Origin: a virus
Strand: one strand, 5' to 3'
Length of the DNA stretch: 64,000 nucleotides
Virus record (IMG/VR): IMGVR_UViG_3300020463_003399
Span: 1 to 64,000 of that record
Shown: piece after piece, positions 29,073 to 39,057 of the stretch
How the letters are laid out: each line of letters begins with the position of its first letter
Position numbering within the stretch: the first letter of the stretch is position 1
The notes under the pieces: model-generated
What the model was told of the DNA's origin: nothing
Databases searched by the model: none
What the model saw: the letters and a program-made list of their open reading frames with translations, nothing else
Translations under genes and position numbers: made by a program

Positions 29073-30695
29073 ATGGCTAAATCTAAGCAAGGCGGTCAGA
29101 ACAAGCAAGGCAATATTGTTTTTCAGGACAATAAAAATGCCGTAACAAGATTTGGGTTCGGCGGTGTCGGACCCATCACTCTTGCACCTAAAACAGGTGA
29201 GATGTTTTACATTGAGTTTCATGACTCAGCCGGCACCAATAAAAAACTTCCATACACTAGATTTGCAAAAGGGGTAGGTGGTATTTCAGTTGTCACTCAA
29301 TCTCAACCAGTCGATAGATATGGTAAACGTGTGTATGTTCCTACACGTGTAGATTTCCCTGAAGTTCAATTATCAATGTATGATGTTGTTGATGGACAGA
29401 TGTTTGATTTCGCAAATCAGTTATATGAACAGTTCTTTAGAAATTCATCAATGCAAACTGATTCAGCTAACATTGAAAATGCAATCGATTCAAATCCAGA
29501 TACAAACATGGGTAGAAAGTTTTCTGAAAAAGGAAAACTCTTTCATCAAAGTTTAGAAAAGATAGTAGTATTTCATTTCTTTGGTAATCTTGATGGTTCA
29601 ACTGGTGAAAGTCAATTTTCTCAAAATGAGAGAACAGTACCAAGAAGTGGTAGTTTACAAAAAATAGAAATAATAAATCCATTAGTAACTAATATCACAT
29701 TCCCACCAAGTGACTATTCAGATGGTACTCTTAGAACTATAGAGATATCAGTACAACCAGAAAACGTTAAATTTGAAACAGTTAAGGATAGAGTAACATT
29801 CCCTGATTGGTTAATGAACGGTTTACCAGTTGAAATAGAAACTGCAATAAGTGATTTAGAAAGTGGACAATATTCTACATTCAAGACAAAGTTTTTAACA
29901 GATAAACTAAATCAGTTAATCAGTAAAAACGCATTTGATGGCGATGAGACTTTTGTACCAAATACAAATGAGGCATATCAAAGTGCGTTGAACAGTAGAC
30001 AAAAATTTAATGCTCAAAATACCCTTATAAATCAACAAAAACACGATGAGTTAGCGAAACTTTACAATGCTACACAACAAAATAATCTATCTACATTAGG
30101 TAGACAAGATGGCATCGATCCAAATCAACAATTTACACCAGAACAATTAGCAGGATTCTCTAGTGTATTAGATGCACAGAATGAAATAGCAGAAGCAGAG
30201 TTTGAGGAAGCAAAATCAAGACAAGGTTTCTTAGAAGTTCTTCCTACAGAACCTAGATTTAGTGATCCTTTTGTACCAGAAACCAAATATCCTCAAGTGG
30301 CAGATTTTGCAAACTTAGGAAATACATATGATGGTGGTACAGGAAGATACGGTGGAAGTAACTTTGGTGGAGCAATAAAAAATGAATTAGTAAATGCTTT
30401 CTTCAATGGAAGAAGTATAAATTGGGGTAACATAAGAGATTCAGCGGCACAAGGTATTCTAGGAAATACTAATATAGGATCATTACAAAATTTAAGTAAA
30501 ACATCTCAGAGTAAATTCGGTATCGCAGGAGATATTGTTAGAGATGGAATTCTTAGATCCTCAACTGCTAGTGGAGGACAGATACAAACCACAACTGTTC
30601 CTTCAAACATAAATGCTAATTCTTCCAGCACTGTTTTAAACAATGCACAATCAAGTATTGCTAATTTAAAAAACTTAACAAATGGGATTAGATAA
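29073..30695 (+). CDS. tube-fold baseplate protein (tube initiator-like)
   Basis: N-terminal tube-like motifs (DRYGKRVYVPTRVDFPEVQLSMYD, INPLVTNITF); follows tube gene. Confidence 0.5.
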   Translation: MAKSKQGGQNKQGNIVFQDNKNAVTRFGFGGVGPITLAPKTGEMFYIEFHDSAGTNKKLPYTRFAKGVGGISVVTQSQPVDRYGKRVYVPTRVDFPEVQLSMYDVVDGQMFDFANQLYEQFFRNSSMQTDSANIENAIDSNPDTNMGRKFSEKGKLFHQSLEKIVVFHFFGNLDGSTGESQFSQNERTVPRSGSLQKIEIINPLVTNITFPPSDYSDGTLRTIEISVQPENVKFETVKDRVTFPDWLMNGLPVEIETAISDLESGQYSTFKTKFLTDKLNQLISKNAFDGDETFVPNTNEAYQSALNSRQKFNAQNTLINQQKHDELAKLYNATQQNNLSTLGRQDGIDPNQQFTPEQLAGFSSVLDAQNEIAEAEFEEAKSRQGFLEVLPTEPRFSDPFVPETKYPQVADFANLGNTYDGGTGRYGGSNFGGAIKNELVNAFFNGRSINWGNIRDSAAQGILGNTNIGSLQNLSKTSQSKFGIAGDIVRDGILRSSTASGGQIQTTTVPSNINANSSSTVLNNAQSSIANLKNLTNGIR

Positions 30696-30964
30696 TGGCG
30701 TTTGACATTGATGTACTAAAAGCTAAACTAACAAAGAAAGGCTTCACAGATGAGAAGGCTAATATATTTGCTAGAGAGTTAGTCAATGTAGCAAGGTCCT
30801 ATGGTTTAAGTCCATACAATTTAGTTGATGAAATCAGTTCAGATTTCAAACTCAATGACTTGGGTTCATTCATAATTAATAGCACTTTGCGATTTGGTTA
30901 TCAAACAGGTAAAATAAAACCTCAAAAGCCAAATAAATATGTCGCAAGGGCTATAATTGAATGA
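30695..30964 (+). CDS. hypothetical protein
   Basis: 89 aa, overlaps both neighbours at start/stop codons. Confidence 0.55.
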   Translation: MAFDIDVLKAKLTKKGFTDEKANIFARELVNVARSYGLSPYNLVDEISSDFKLNDLGSFIINSTLRFGYQTGKIKPQKPNKYVARAIIE

Positions 30965-31422
30965 GACAAAAATATCATCAAGGAAAATACACTATAAAAA
31001 ACCCACAGAAGTATTCTGGGAAGGGCGAACCTACCTTTAGAAGTAGTTGGGAATATACTTTTATGAATTTCTGTGACGATAACCCAAGTGTAGTAGCTTG
31101 GGCAAGTGAACCTTGCAAAATAACTTATCAAAATCCTTTAAATGGGAAAGTAACTGCATATGTTCCTGATTTTGTAATAGTATATATGGACAAAAAAGGA
31201 AATAAGAATGCAGAGTTAGTAGAAATTAAGCCATCATCACAATCTAATCCAGAACTTGCACGAAGACGTACTGATAAAATGGCAGTTGTACAGAATTATG
31301 CTAAATGGGATGCGGCAACTCATTGGGCAAGAAAAAGAGGTATGCGTTTTCGTGTACTTAACGAAGGTGATATCTATCAAAACACTAGAAAACCGAAGCC
31401 TGTTAGAAGAAAGAAAAAGTAA
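30961..31422 (+). CDS. gp4: head completion nuclease (T4 gp4-like, TnsA-like fold)
   Basis: NPQKYSG, RSSWE, WASE, YVPDF, VEIKP. Confidence 0.9.
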   Translation: MRQKYHQGKYTIKNPQKYSGKGEPTFRSSWEYTFMNFCDDNPSVVAWASEPCKITYQNPLNGKVTAYVPDFVIVYMDKKGNKNAELVEIKPSSQSNPELARRRTDKMAVVQNYAKWDAATHWARKRGMRFRVLNEGDIYQNTRKPKPVRRKKK

Positions 31423-31462
31423 AGTTAGAAGTTAATAAATAGAGTAATGAAAGGCATTACAT

Positions 31463-31981
31463 ATGACCAAAAAACTAGAAGAAACATTTAATATATCTGA
31501 CGGAGAGGAAGAAGATAAGAATACTCCTACTATTGAAGAATCTCAAGAAATAACAGAATTATTAAATACTGAAATCGAGAATACTGAAAAAATCGATGCC
31601 GCATTACCTATGGTGACTGACTTAAACGAGCATGATAGAGAAATGGATGATATTCATGCTAAAGCATTAAAGACATTTGAAGATTTACTACAATTAGGTA
31701 TGAATGTCGAAGTACATGCAGGTGCAAAGATACTAGAAACTGCTAATCAACTGTTAAAAACTGCAAAAGAGGCAAAAGACAGTAAAGTGGACAGAAAATT
31801 ACGCATGATTAATCTACAACTACAAAAAGCTAAGTTGGATCATCAAAAAGATAGGGATACTAGCAAATCAGACGATGAATTAGCTACTGAAGGCTCTTTA
31901 AATATCGATAGAAACGAATTATTGCGTAGAATTGCTTCTGCACAAGAACTATCAGATAAGGTAAAAGAACAAAATAAGTAA
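31463..31981 (+). CDS. putative terminase small subunit
   Basis: Helical ~170-aa protein with C-terminal DRNELL, upstream of TerL. Confidence 0.55.
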   Translation: MTKKLEETFNISDGEEEDKNTPTIEESQEITELLNTEIENTEKIDAALPMVTDLNEHDREMDDIHAKALKTFEDLLQLGMNVEVHAGAKILETANQLLKTAKEAKDSKVDRKLRMINLQLQKAKLDHQKDRDTSKSDDELATEGSLNIDRNELLRRIASAQELSDKVKEQNK

Positions 31982-32025
31982 AATATGAATAAAATGATAA
32001 ATAAGAGTATACGTTGGAGTACAAC

Positions 32026-32592
32026 ATGAAAAGTTTTAAAGAATTTTTAACAGAATCAGAAAAAGAGCATAAAATGACTCTACGTTTTTGTTGTAATATA
32101 GATGAAAACGCAGAAGATAGAATCGAACAGTTTTTAGGCAAATATGATTTAAGAAATATGTCAAAAACTTCAAAGACACCTATCTCTAAAAATCCTATGT
32201 TCTTTAAAGATGTAGAAAATTCAGAAGTGTCTAAGATTGATGTAGTTACAGGTTACCCTGTATCGGCAGATATATTACGTCAACAATTAGCAGACCAATT
32301 AGGAATGCATATCAAACATGTAACAGTACATCCTGAGGGATGGGAACCAAAAGAGGAAGAAGAAAAAGAAGATAAAGAGCCTTTACTTACTTCCGAAGAA
32401 AAATCAGAATCAGATGACGGAAAAACATACGGCAGAACGTTCATTGATGATTTCTTAAAAACTTTAACACCAAAAGAAACAGAAACACATGAAAATGAAT
32501 TAAGCCCAAAAGAAAAAAGAGACCCGGCACCTGAGCAAATGGATAAAGAAGAAAAATCAAGTCCTTCTGTTATCTCAGGAGATGAAAAATGA
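32026..32592 (+). CDS. putative internal head protein with capsid-targeting-like N-terminus (start revised from 32014)
   Basis: GATAAATA at 31996, GGAG RBS, begins MKSFKEFLTE (T4 internal-protein leader is MKTYQEFIAE). Confidence 0.6.
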   Translation: MKSFKEFLTESEKEHKMTLRFCCNIDENAEDRIEQFLGKYDLRNMSKTSKTPISKNPMFFKDVENSEVSKIDVVTGYPVSADILRQQLADQLGMHIKHVTVHPEGWEPKEEEEKEDKEPLLTSEEKSESDDGKTYGRTFIDDFLKTLTPKETETHENELSPKEKRDPAPEQMDKEEKSSPSVISGDEK

Positions 32593-33866
32593 GTAAGCAT
32601 TACAATTTAACTGTTACTGATGATAACGGCAAATCAGTTACTACTTCAAATACAAGCACAGAACATCCAGAAGAAGTTCTACGTATGATGCAACTTGCAG
32701 GTATGCAATCAGAACCACAATGTGGTATGGAAAGTGTTGAAGAAAATGAATATCAGCCTACACCAGCTAACGATAAATTAGATTTAGAAGATTACTCTAA
32801 AAAGTCAGGCGAAAGCATTCCAAAGCAAAAGAAAAGTTTAGATAAAGCACCTTCAAGAGGTGATAACCCTCTAGAGTATTCTCTAGATGAAAATGAAATC
32901 TTTGAATCACTAATGAACGAATTTAAAGTCGATGTGGAAGAAGGTAAACTTAATCCAGGTCTTCAAGCATACTTAGATAAGAAAAAAGGCAAGAAAGACG
33001 ATAAAGACGATAAAGAAAAAACTGATGAAAAAGCAAAACCAGATTTTGCTGACATTGATGGCGACGGTGATAAAAAAGAAACAATGAAAAAAGCCGCTAA
33101 AGACAAGTCTAAAAAAAAGGCTAACGAAGGCGTAGAAGAAATTTCCGAAAAAGTAATAAAGGAAGCGACTTGTGGTTGCAACCCTGAAGGTGATTGTTGT
33201 AAAGATAATCATTCTAAAGAAGAAATTGGTCAAGTTTGTGAGTGTTGCGGAAATGATATCGTAGCAGTTGCTAACGAAGAACAAATCAATGAAGAAAAAT
33301 GTCGTTACTGCGGTGGCGATTGTCCAGATGATCCAAATCATGCATGTGATGGGTTCATAGGTGATATCGATAATTTATACGGATCATATGACAAAGACGA
33401 TGAAGATGATATGGACGAAAATGCAGATTTAAACAGACTAAGAAAATTAGCAAATCTTCCAGAAAAAACTGACGAAGTACAAGAAGGCTCAGAAGTAGAT
33501 GAAGTTAAAGCAATTCTAATGAGTTATCCAGAAGATGTTGAGAAAATGAAACAGATGGGTGATATAGATACTGGTTCACAACTTTACATGGATCTATTTG
33601 GATTCTATCAAGATGAAATGCCATACGGAACTCAAAAAGCTAGAGACGGTGACCCAGTAGAATGGATCATGAATAGACTAGATGATTTGGGTATGACGGA
33701 AGATAAACAAGTTGATGAAGTAGGACCATTAGCAGTGTTGGCACCAGTAGCGAAAGCAGTCGGTGGTGCATTGTTAAAGAAAGGCATCAAAGGAACGGCG
33801 GCACGTGCTGGAGCAAGTGCAGTTGCTAGTAAGATGATGTCTAAACCATCTTCAAACGTACAATAA
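32589..33866 (+). CDS. acidic modular protein, putative protease-processed internal head protein
   Basis: Repeated [VIL]xE motifs, DIDGDGD loop, Cys clusters, LNRLRKLANL motif. Confidence 0.55.
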   Translation: MSKHYNLTVTDDNGKSVTTSNTSTEHPEEVLRMMQLAGMQSEPQCGMESVEENEYQPTPANDKLDLEDYSKKSGESIPKQKKSLDKAPSRGDNPLEYSLDENEIFESLMNEFKVDVEEGKLNPGLQAYLDKKKGKKDDKDDKEKTDEKAKPDFADIDGDGDKKETMKKAAKDKSKKKANEGVEEISEKVIKEATCGCNPEGDCCKDNHSKEEIGQVCECCGNDIVAVANEEQINEEKCRYCGGDCPDDPNHACDGFIGDIDNLYGSYDKDDEDDMDENADLNRLRKLANLPEKTDEVQEGSEVDEVKAILMSYPEDVEKMKQMGDIDTGSQLYMDLFGFYQDEMPYGTQKARDGDPVEWIMNRLDDLGMTEDKQVDEVGPLAVLAPVAKAVGGALLKKGIKGTAARAGASAVASKMMSKPSSNVQ

Positions 33867-33897
33867 TCCTTATAATCCAATAAATACTAGTGCAATA

Positions 33898-34353
33898 ATG
33901 CACAACAAAACCACCTTAGGTAAAGAGGAGACAATCATGTACGATAAAGAAATGATGATACAAATGATGGAAGACCTTCAGCATCAAGCATCAGAAATGG
34001 AAAAGAACGTTAAAGATATGCTAGAAGCAGAAGGAAGAGCATGTGGTGTTGAACTTGATAAAAGAAAAAATGCACGTGACCTTATGGAAGAACTAGTAGA
34101 ACACCAGGACAGTCAAGATGATGCACCAGCAATGACATGGGCATATGTACCAGAAGAACAGGTTAACTATGATACTCATGCAACAGATTGGACTACAGAC
34201 ATGCATACACAAGCACTATACGAAACAGGTGCAGATATGACACATCACGAAGATGATTGGGAGAACGATGATATGGAACCTGCAGAAGATATTCATGATA
34301 CATTGCCTAGTGATGTAGAACCAATGGACGATGAAACTGAACATAAAGAATAA
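33898..34353 (+). CDS. hypothetical acidic protein (probable start 33937)
   Basis: GAGGAG RBS before ATG 33937; late-promoter-like AATAAATA at 33879; terminator-like hairpin 34374-34403. Confidence 0.55.
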   Translation: MHNKTTLGKEETIMYDKEMMIQMMEDLQHQASEMEKNVKDMLEAEGRACGVELDKRKNARDLMEELVEHQDSQDDAPAMTWAYVPEEQVNYDTHATDWTTDMHTQALYETGADMTHHEDDWENDDMEPAEDIHDTLPSDVEPMDDETEHKE

Positions 34354-34435
34354 ATTCATCAAAAACTTAAATAAGAGCAGGCATTTTCTTGTCTGCTTTT
34401 TTTATGCATAAATATAATTAAATGAGTATTTAATT

Positions 34436-35995
34436 ATGGCAGATTTAACTAAAAAAGCATATCAAAAAACACAGTTTAGCAATCAGCAATTACTAGATTT
34501 TAGTAAGTGTGCAAATAACCCTTTCTATTTTCTGAATAATTACTTTAAGATTCAGCATCCTACAAAAGGTAGTATGACATACGATGCATATGAATTTCAA
34601 AAAGGACTGTTACACTCTTATCACGATTACAGATTTTCTATTTCTATGTTAGGTAGACAGATGGGAAAATCTACCTCTGCGGCTGGATATCTTTTATGGT
34701 TTGCAATGTTTAATCCTGACCAAACTATTTTAATTGCGGCTCACAAATATTCAGGTGCCCAAGAAATCATGCACAGAATTAGACATGCTTATGAATTATG
34801 CCCTGACCATATTAGAGCAGGTGTTACAAGTTATAATAAAGGTAGTTTAGAGTTTGACAATGGTTCACGTATCATAGCACAAGCAACTACAGAAAATACA
34901 GGTCGTGGTCTTTCAATTTCTTTACTATATTGTGACGAGTTTGCATTCGTTAGACCTAATATTGCAAAAGAGTTCTGGACTTCAATATCTCCTACTCTAG
35001 CAACAGGTGGTAAAGCAATTATTACTTCAACACCAAACTTAGATGATGACCAATTTGCTCTCATATGGAGTGGTGCTAATAAAAATATAGATGAACATGG
35101 TAATGAAAAAGAAACAGGTATTAATGGCTTTAAACCATTCAAAGCTATATGGGACGAACACCCTGATAGAGATAATGAATGGGCAAAAGAAGAAAGAACA
35201 CGTGTAGGTGAAGAAAGATTTTTACGTGAACACGAATGTCAGTTCATTGCTTTTGATGAAACTTTAGTAGATAGTATTAAACTATCTCATTTATCAGGCA
35301 AAGAACCTCTTATGAAAACAGGACAGGTCAGATGGTATGAAAAAATTAATAAAAATTCTACTTACATTGTTGGTCTTGATCCTGCTATGGGTACTGGAGG
35401 AGATTATTCAGCAATCGAAGTTTGGAGTTTACCAGAACTAGTACAAGTTGCAGAATGGCAAAGTAATCGTACAGATGTTAGAGGTCAAGTAAAAACAATG
35501 CATGACATACTAACTATTCTGAAAGAAGAAATGGCTGAACTTGGAAATAATAGTCCAGAAATATATTGGTCAGTTGAAAATAACTCATTAGGCGAAGCCT
35601 CTCTTATAGTAATTGAAGAAATGGACGAAGATAAATTCCCTGGTGAATTCTTACATGAACCAAAGAAAAAAGGAATACAGAAAGCAATAAGAAAAGGCTT
35701 TACTACTTCATATAAAACAAAAATTACTGCATGTATGAAAATGAAGTCTTGGATAGAAAGCGATAAAATGGTTCCTCTGAGTAGAAATTTAATCAGAGAA
35801 TTAAAAACATTTATAGCAAAGGGTAAAAGTTTTGAGGCAAAATTGGGGGAAACAGACGATTTAGTATCTGCAACACTTTTATGTATACGACAAATACAAG
35901 TAATATCACGATTCGATGAAGAATTTATGGAGACATTAGGGGAATCATTGGATAGTGATGATAATTACAATGACCCTCTTCCTGTGATAATTTGA
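34436..35995 (+). CDS. gp17: terminase large subunit
   Basis: GRQMGKS Walker A, LYCDEFAF Walker B, ITSTP, VGLDPA, DDLV. Confidence 0.95.
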   Translation: MADLTKKAYQKTQFSNQQLLDFSKCANNPFYFLNNYFKIQHPTKGSMTYDAYEFQKGLLHSYHDYRFSISMLGRQMGKSTSAAGYLLWFAMFNPDQTILIAAHKYSGAQEIMHRIRHAYELCPDHIRAGVTSYNKGSLEFDNGSRIIAQATTENTGRGLSISLLYCDEFAFVRPNIAKEFWTSISPTLATGGKAIITSTPNLDDDQFALIWSGANKNIDEHGNEKETGINGFKPFKAIWDEHPDRDNEWAKEERTRVGEERFLREHECQFIAFDETLVDSIKLSHLSGKEPLMKTGQVRWYEKINKNSTYIVGLDPAMGTGGDYSAIEVWSLPELVQVAEWQSNRTDVRGQVKTMHDILTILKEEMAELGNNSPEIYWSVENNSLGEASLIVIEEMDEDKFPGEFLHEPKKKGIQKAIRKGFTTSYKTKITACMKMKSWIESDKMVPLSRNLIRELKTFIAKGKSFEAKLGETDDLVSATLLCIRQIQVISRFDEEFMETLGESLDSDDNYNDPLPVII

Positions 35996-36023
35996 TAAAT
36001 ACATCTATAAAGGAATTTATAAA

Positions 36024-37469
36024 ATGGCTGTTAATTATTCAACAATCGCAGAAAAAATTATGCGTTTTATTCAAGGAAATGGTCTTTCTTTGAAAATGTT
36101 TGATTCGTCAAATGGTAAAAGTGTGTCTACTCCAGATGATGCACGATTTTTCTATATCGATGAACCAAATATGATGGTAACAATAGACGAATCTTCAAAA
36201 GAGATAAAGTTACATTTAGGAGAAGGCGTTGATATTGATAAACCAAAAGCAGAAAAAATAATGAACAGTCTTAAAAAACTTTCAAGTGAGTATATGTTAG
36301 ATTTTGATGTTAGGTCTTTTGGCAAACACATCGAACCAAAAAACTATGCTTACAAATTAGACAAAAATAAGGAGCAGACTATGAGTGATGTATTCAATGA
36401 AGGTATGTCCAAATTAGAAGGATCTTCACGTACTAGTCGCCAGACACTGGAAAATGTAAGACTAATCGTCAAACACCGTGCGCCAGTAAACGAGGAGCAA
36501 CGTGGAGCACGTTCTCGTAACATTTCATCAATCTTTGTTGAAAATGCAGACGGTGAACGTTTCAAGTATCCGTTTAAACATTTAAATGGTGCTAGAGCAA
36601 TGGCGAGACACGTATCACATGGTGGTGTACCTAGCGACATGGTGGGCGAAGCAATTATAGAACTATCAACTAACTTATCAAAGTTAAAAGAATTTATGAA
36701 TGTTGTTAATAAGCAATCTCTTATTAATGAAAACAATCGTTCAGTTGTACTAAATGTAAAACGTAGAATGGAATCGATTAAAGAATCTATCAAACGTGTA
36801 CAAGGTGCAAAAGGGTATCAAGCATTTGTTGAAAAACTAGCTATCAAAGAGCAAGAAGAAAACAAAGCTGAGATTACAGAAGATACAGTAGATAACTACG
36901 TTAAAAAATTTACTAAAACAACTTTTGAAGAATCATTAAGAGAAGTTTTACCATTAATTCATCGTATCAATGAAGAAGAAATGGAAGATAATCGCATGAA
37001 TCAAATTCAAACAGTAATGAGCATAATTACTGCAAAGGATAAAAAGACAGGCGACAAAATGAATCGTATCTACTTCCCAGGTCGTACTGATGGTTTTGAT
37101 TTTGATAAAATTAAAAAACAATACGCAGAACCTCGTTCTAAGGATGAAGCAGAAGAACAGAAGAAAATGAAACTTGCTTTACAGATTGATGATTTAGCAC
37201 ACCGTGTAGACGTTGATGCTAGAGATGACAAGAAACGTAAAAACAAAGGTCATGATAGAGCGGCTGAATTATCAAACTTCTTAGGTGATGTTGCAGATGA
37301 TATTCGTGCAGGAACAAACTTAACACAAGACAAATTAAAACTTGCAGGTTATCTTATGAAGTTATCTAAATCTGCTACAGAAAACGAAGAAGTTCAAGCA
37401 CAGAACATCGAAGAAAAATTCGATACAATGCTATCAGAAGCATTTTCGAAGTTTGAGATACCGGCGTAA
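36024..37469 (+). CDS. hypothetical late/structural protein
   Basis: GATAAATA at 35994; 481 aa. Confidence 0.6.
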   Translation: MAVNYSTIAEKIMRFIQGNGLSLKMFDSSNGKSVSTPDDARFFYIDEPNMMVTIDESSKEIKLHLGEGVDIDKPKAEKIMNSLKKLSSEYMLDFDVRSFGKHIEPKNYAYKLDKNKEQTMSDVFNEGMSKLEGSSRTSRQTLENVRLIVKHRAPVNEEQRGARSRNISSIFVENADGERFKYPFKHLNGARAMARHVSHGGVPSDMVGEAIIELSTNLSKLKEFMNVVNKQSLINENNRSVVLNVKRRMESIKESIKRVQGAKGYQAFVEKLAIKEQEENKAEITEDTVDNYVKKFTKTTFEESLREVLPLIHRINEEEMEDNRMNQIQTVMSIITAKDKKTGDKMNRIYFPGRTDGFDFDKIKKQYAEPRSKDEAEEQKKMKLALQIDDLAHRVDVDARDDKKRKNKGHDRAAELSNFLGDVADDIRAGTNLTQDKLKLAGYLMKLSKSATENEEVQAQNIEEKFDTMLSEAFSKFEIPA

Positions 37470-37474
37470 TAGAT

Positions 37475-37780
37475 ATGATTATAACAATTATTGGTGAGCA
37501 AGAGTTTGTTAAAACTACAGAAACTACAGTAAGTGATGCTAAAAGAGTTTATATATCTTGGGCAAAAGAATCTGTAACTACTGAAGGTAAGTATATCGAA
37601 CATAAAGAACTTACTGACAAAACTCAGCCATATGACGAATCTACAAATCCATATGTATCAATTGGTAAAGTATACATGACTAAAGAGCAACCTATTGTTA
37701 TAAGAAAGTATCCAACAGACGTTCTTATATCAAACGTAGGATCAAATGTCATATCAGCGACACCGATTTTCGATAGATAA
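37475..37780 (+). CDS. hypothetical protein
   Basis: 101-aa ORF followed by a terminator. Confidence 0.55.
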   Translation: MIITIIGEQEFVKTTETTVSDAKRVYISWAKESVTTEGKYIEHKELTDKTQPYDESTNPYVSIGKVYMTKEQPIVIRKYPTDVLISNVGSNVISATPIFDR

Positions 37781-37802
37781 TATTCAAAAAATTCAATAAA
37801 AT

Positions 37803-37828
37803 AGGGGCGTTTTGGCGCCCCTTTTTTT
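37803..37828 (+). terminator. intrinsic terminator
   Basis: AGGGGCG...CGCCCCT followed by T tract. Confidence 0.8.
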
Positions 37829-37865
37829 ACCCACAAAAAAATTTCAAAAAATTCGTATTTAATGC

Positions 37866-37894
37866 TTGACTTTGCATAAAAAGATAAGTATACT
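37866..37894 (+). promoter_or_regulatory. sigma70-type promoter of the SSB operon
   Basis: TTGACT, 17 bp, TATACT. Confidence 0.7.
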
Positions 37895-37930
37895 TAGTAC
37901 ATGTTTGAATATATTTTTGTAATATGTACT

Positions 37931-37963
37931 CAGGCTAATATAAAACTAATACAGGCTAATATA
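37931..37963 (+). repeat. CTAATA repeats in the gp32 leader
   Basis: CTAATA at 37935, 37946 and 37956 (CAGGCTAATA twice), directly before the AGGAG RBS. Confidence 0.7.
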
Positions 37964-37974
37964 GGAGAAATATA

Positions 37975-39000
37975 ATGGCAACTTTAGCAGAAATACGTGC
38001 AAAACTTCTTGCACAAGACTCTAAATCGGCAGACAATGCCAACGCAAATCGTGGGGTAGACGCAATCTATCCTTTCTGGAATATGGATACTGATTCAACA
38101 TCAGTTATTCGTTTTCTCCCAGATGCGGACAACTCAAATACATTTTTCTGGCGTGAACGTCAAATCATTAAGATGCAATTCCCTGGTGTAAAAGGTGGGG
38201 ATACGTCTAAGCCAGTTACTGTACAAGTTCCGTGTGTGGAAATGTGGGGTGACACGTGTCCAGTTCATGCTGAGATACGTCCTTGGTTCAAAGATCCAGC
38301 AATGGAAGACATTGGAAGAAAGTATTGGAAAAAACGTTCATACATCTTTCAAGGTTTTGTTGTAACGGATCCTATGAATGAGGAAACTCCTGAAAATCCA
38401 ATACGTAGATTTGTAATTGGACCTCAAATTTTTAAACTTCTTAAATCTGCTCTTATGGATCCAGATATGGAAAATCTTCCAACTGACTATGATGCAGGTA
38501 CAGATTTTCGTTTAACGAAAACTCAAAAAGGTCAATATGCTGACTACTCAACTTCAAATTGGGCACGTAAAGAACGTTCTCTAAATGAAGAAGAACGTAA
38601 AGCTATTGAAACTCATGGGTTATACGACTTAAACGAGTTCATGCCAAAACGTCCTAGTGATGAAGACTTACGTATCATCATGGAGATGTTTGAATCATCA
38701 GTTGATGGTAACTTGTATGATCCAGAGAAGTTTGGTTCTTATTATAAACCATATGGTTTGGATTTGGGTAATACAAAATCAACTCCAAAAGCAGAGGCAA
38801 CAACGAAAGTTGCTGAAACTACTACTGCTCCAGTTCAAGAAACTGCTCCAGTTCAAGAAACTCCTGCTCCAAAGGCAGAAGTTAAGGCTGAACCAGCAAT
38901 GGCTGAGGCAACAACTGCACCAGCAACTGCTAGTGTAAGTAATGGTAGTACAGACGCCGCTGATATCCTGGCGATGATTAGAAATCGTAAATCTGATTAA
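37975..39000 (+). CDS. gp32: single-stranded DNA-binding protein (gp32-like)
   Basis: IRFLPD, CPV, YWKKRSY, YADYSTS; immediately upstream of uvsX. Confidence 0.85.
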   Translation: MATLAEIRAKLLAQDSKSADNANANRGVDAIYPFWNMDTDSTSVIRFLPDADNSNTFFWRERQIIKMQFPGVKGGDTSKPVTVQVPCVEMWGDTCPVHAEIRPWFKDPAMEDIGRKYWKKRSYIFQGFVVTDPMNEETPENPIRRFVIGPQIFKLLKSALMDPDMENLPTDYDAGTDFRLTKTQKGQYADYSTSNWARKERSLNEEERKAIETHGLYDLNEFMPKRPSDEDLRIIMEMFESSVDGNLYDPEKFGSYYKPYGLDLGNTKSTPKAEATTKVAETTTAPVQETAPVQETPAPKAEVKAEPAMAEATTAPATASVSNGSTDAADILAMIRNRKSD

Positions 39001-39057
39001 ATCATCAATTAACTTAAGAGGGAGGGAAACCTCCCTCTACTATAAAAGGAGTAAAAG

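Noticed and set aside
38824-38859. 18-bp tandem duplication in gp32
   Set aside because: Encodes TAPVQE twice in a low-complexity linker; ordinary slippage
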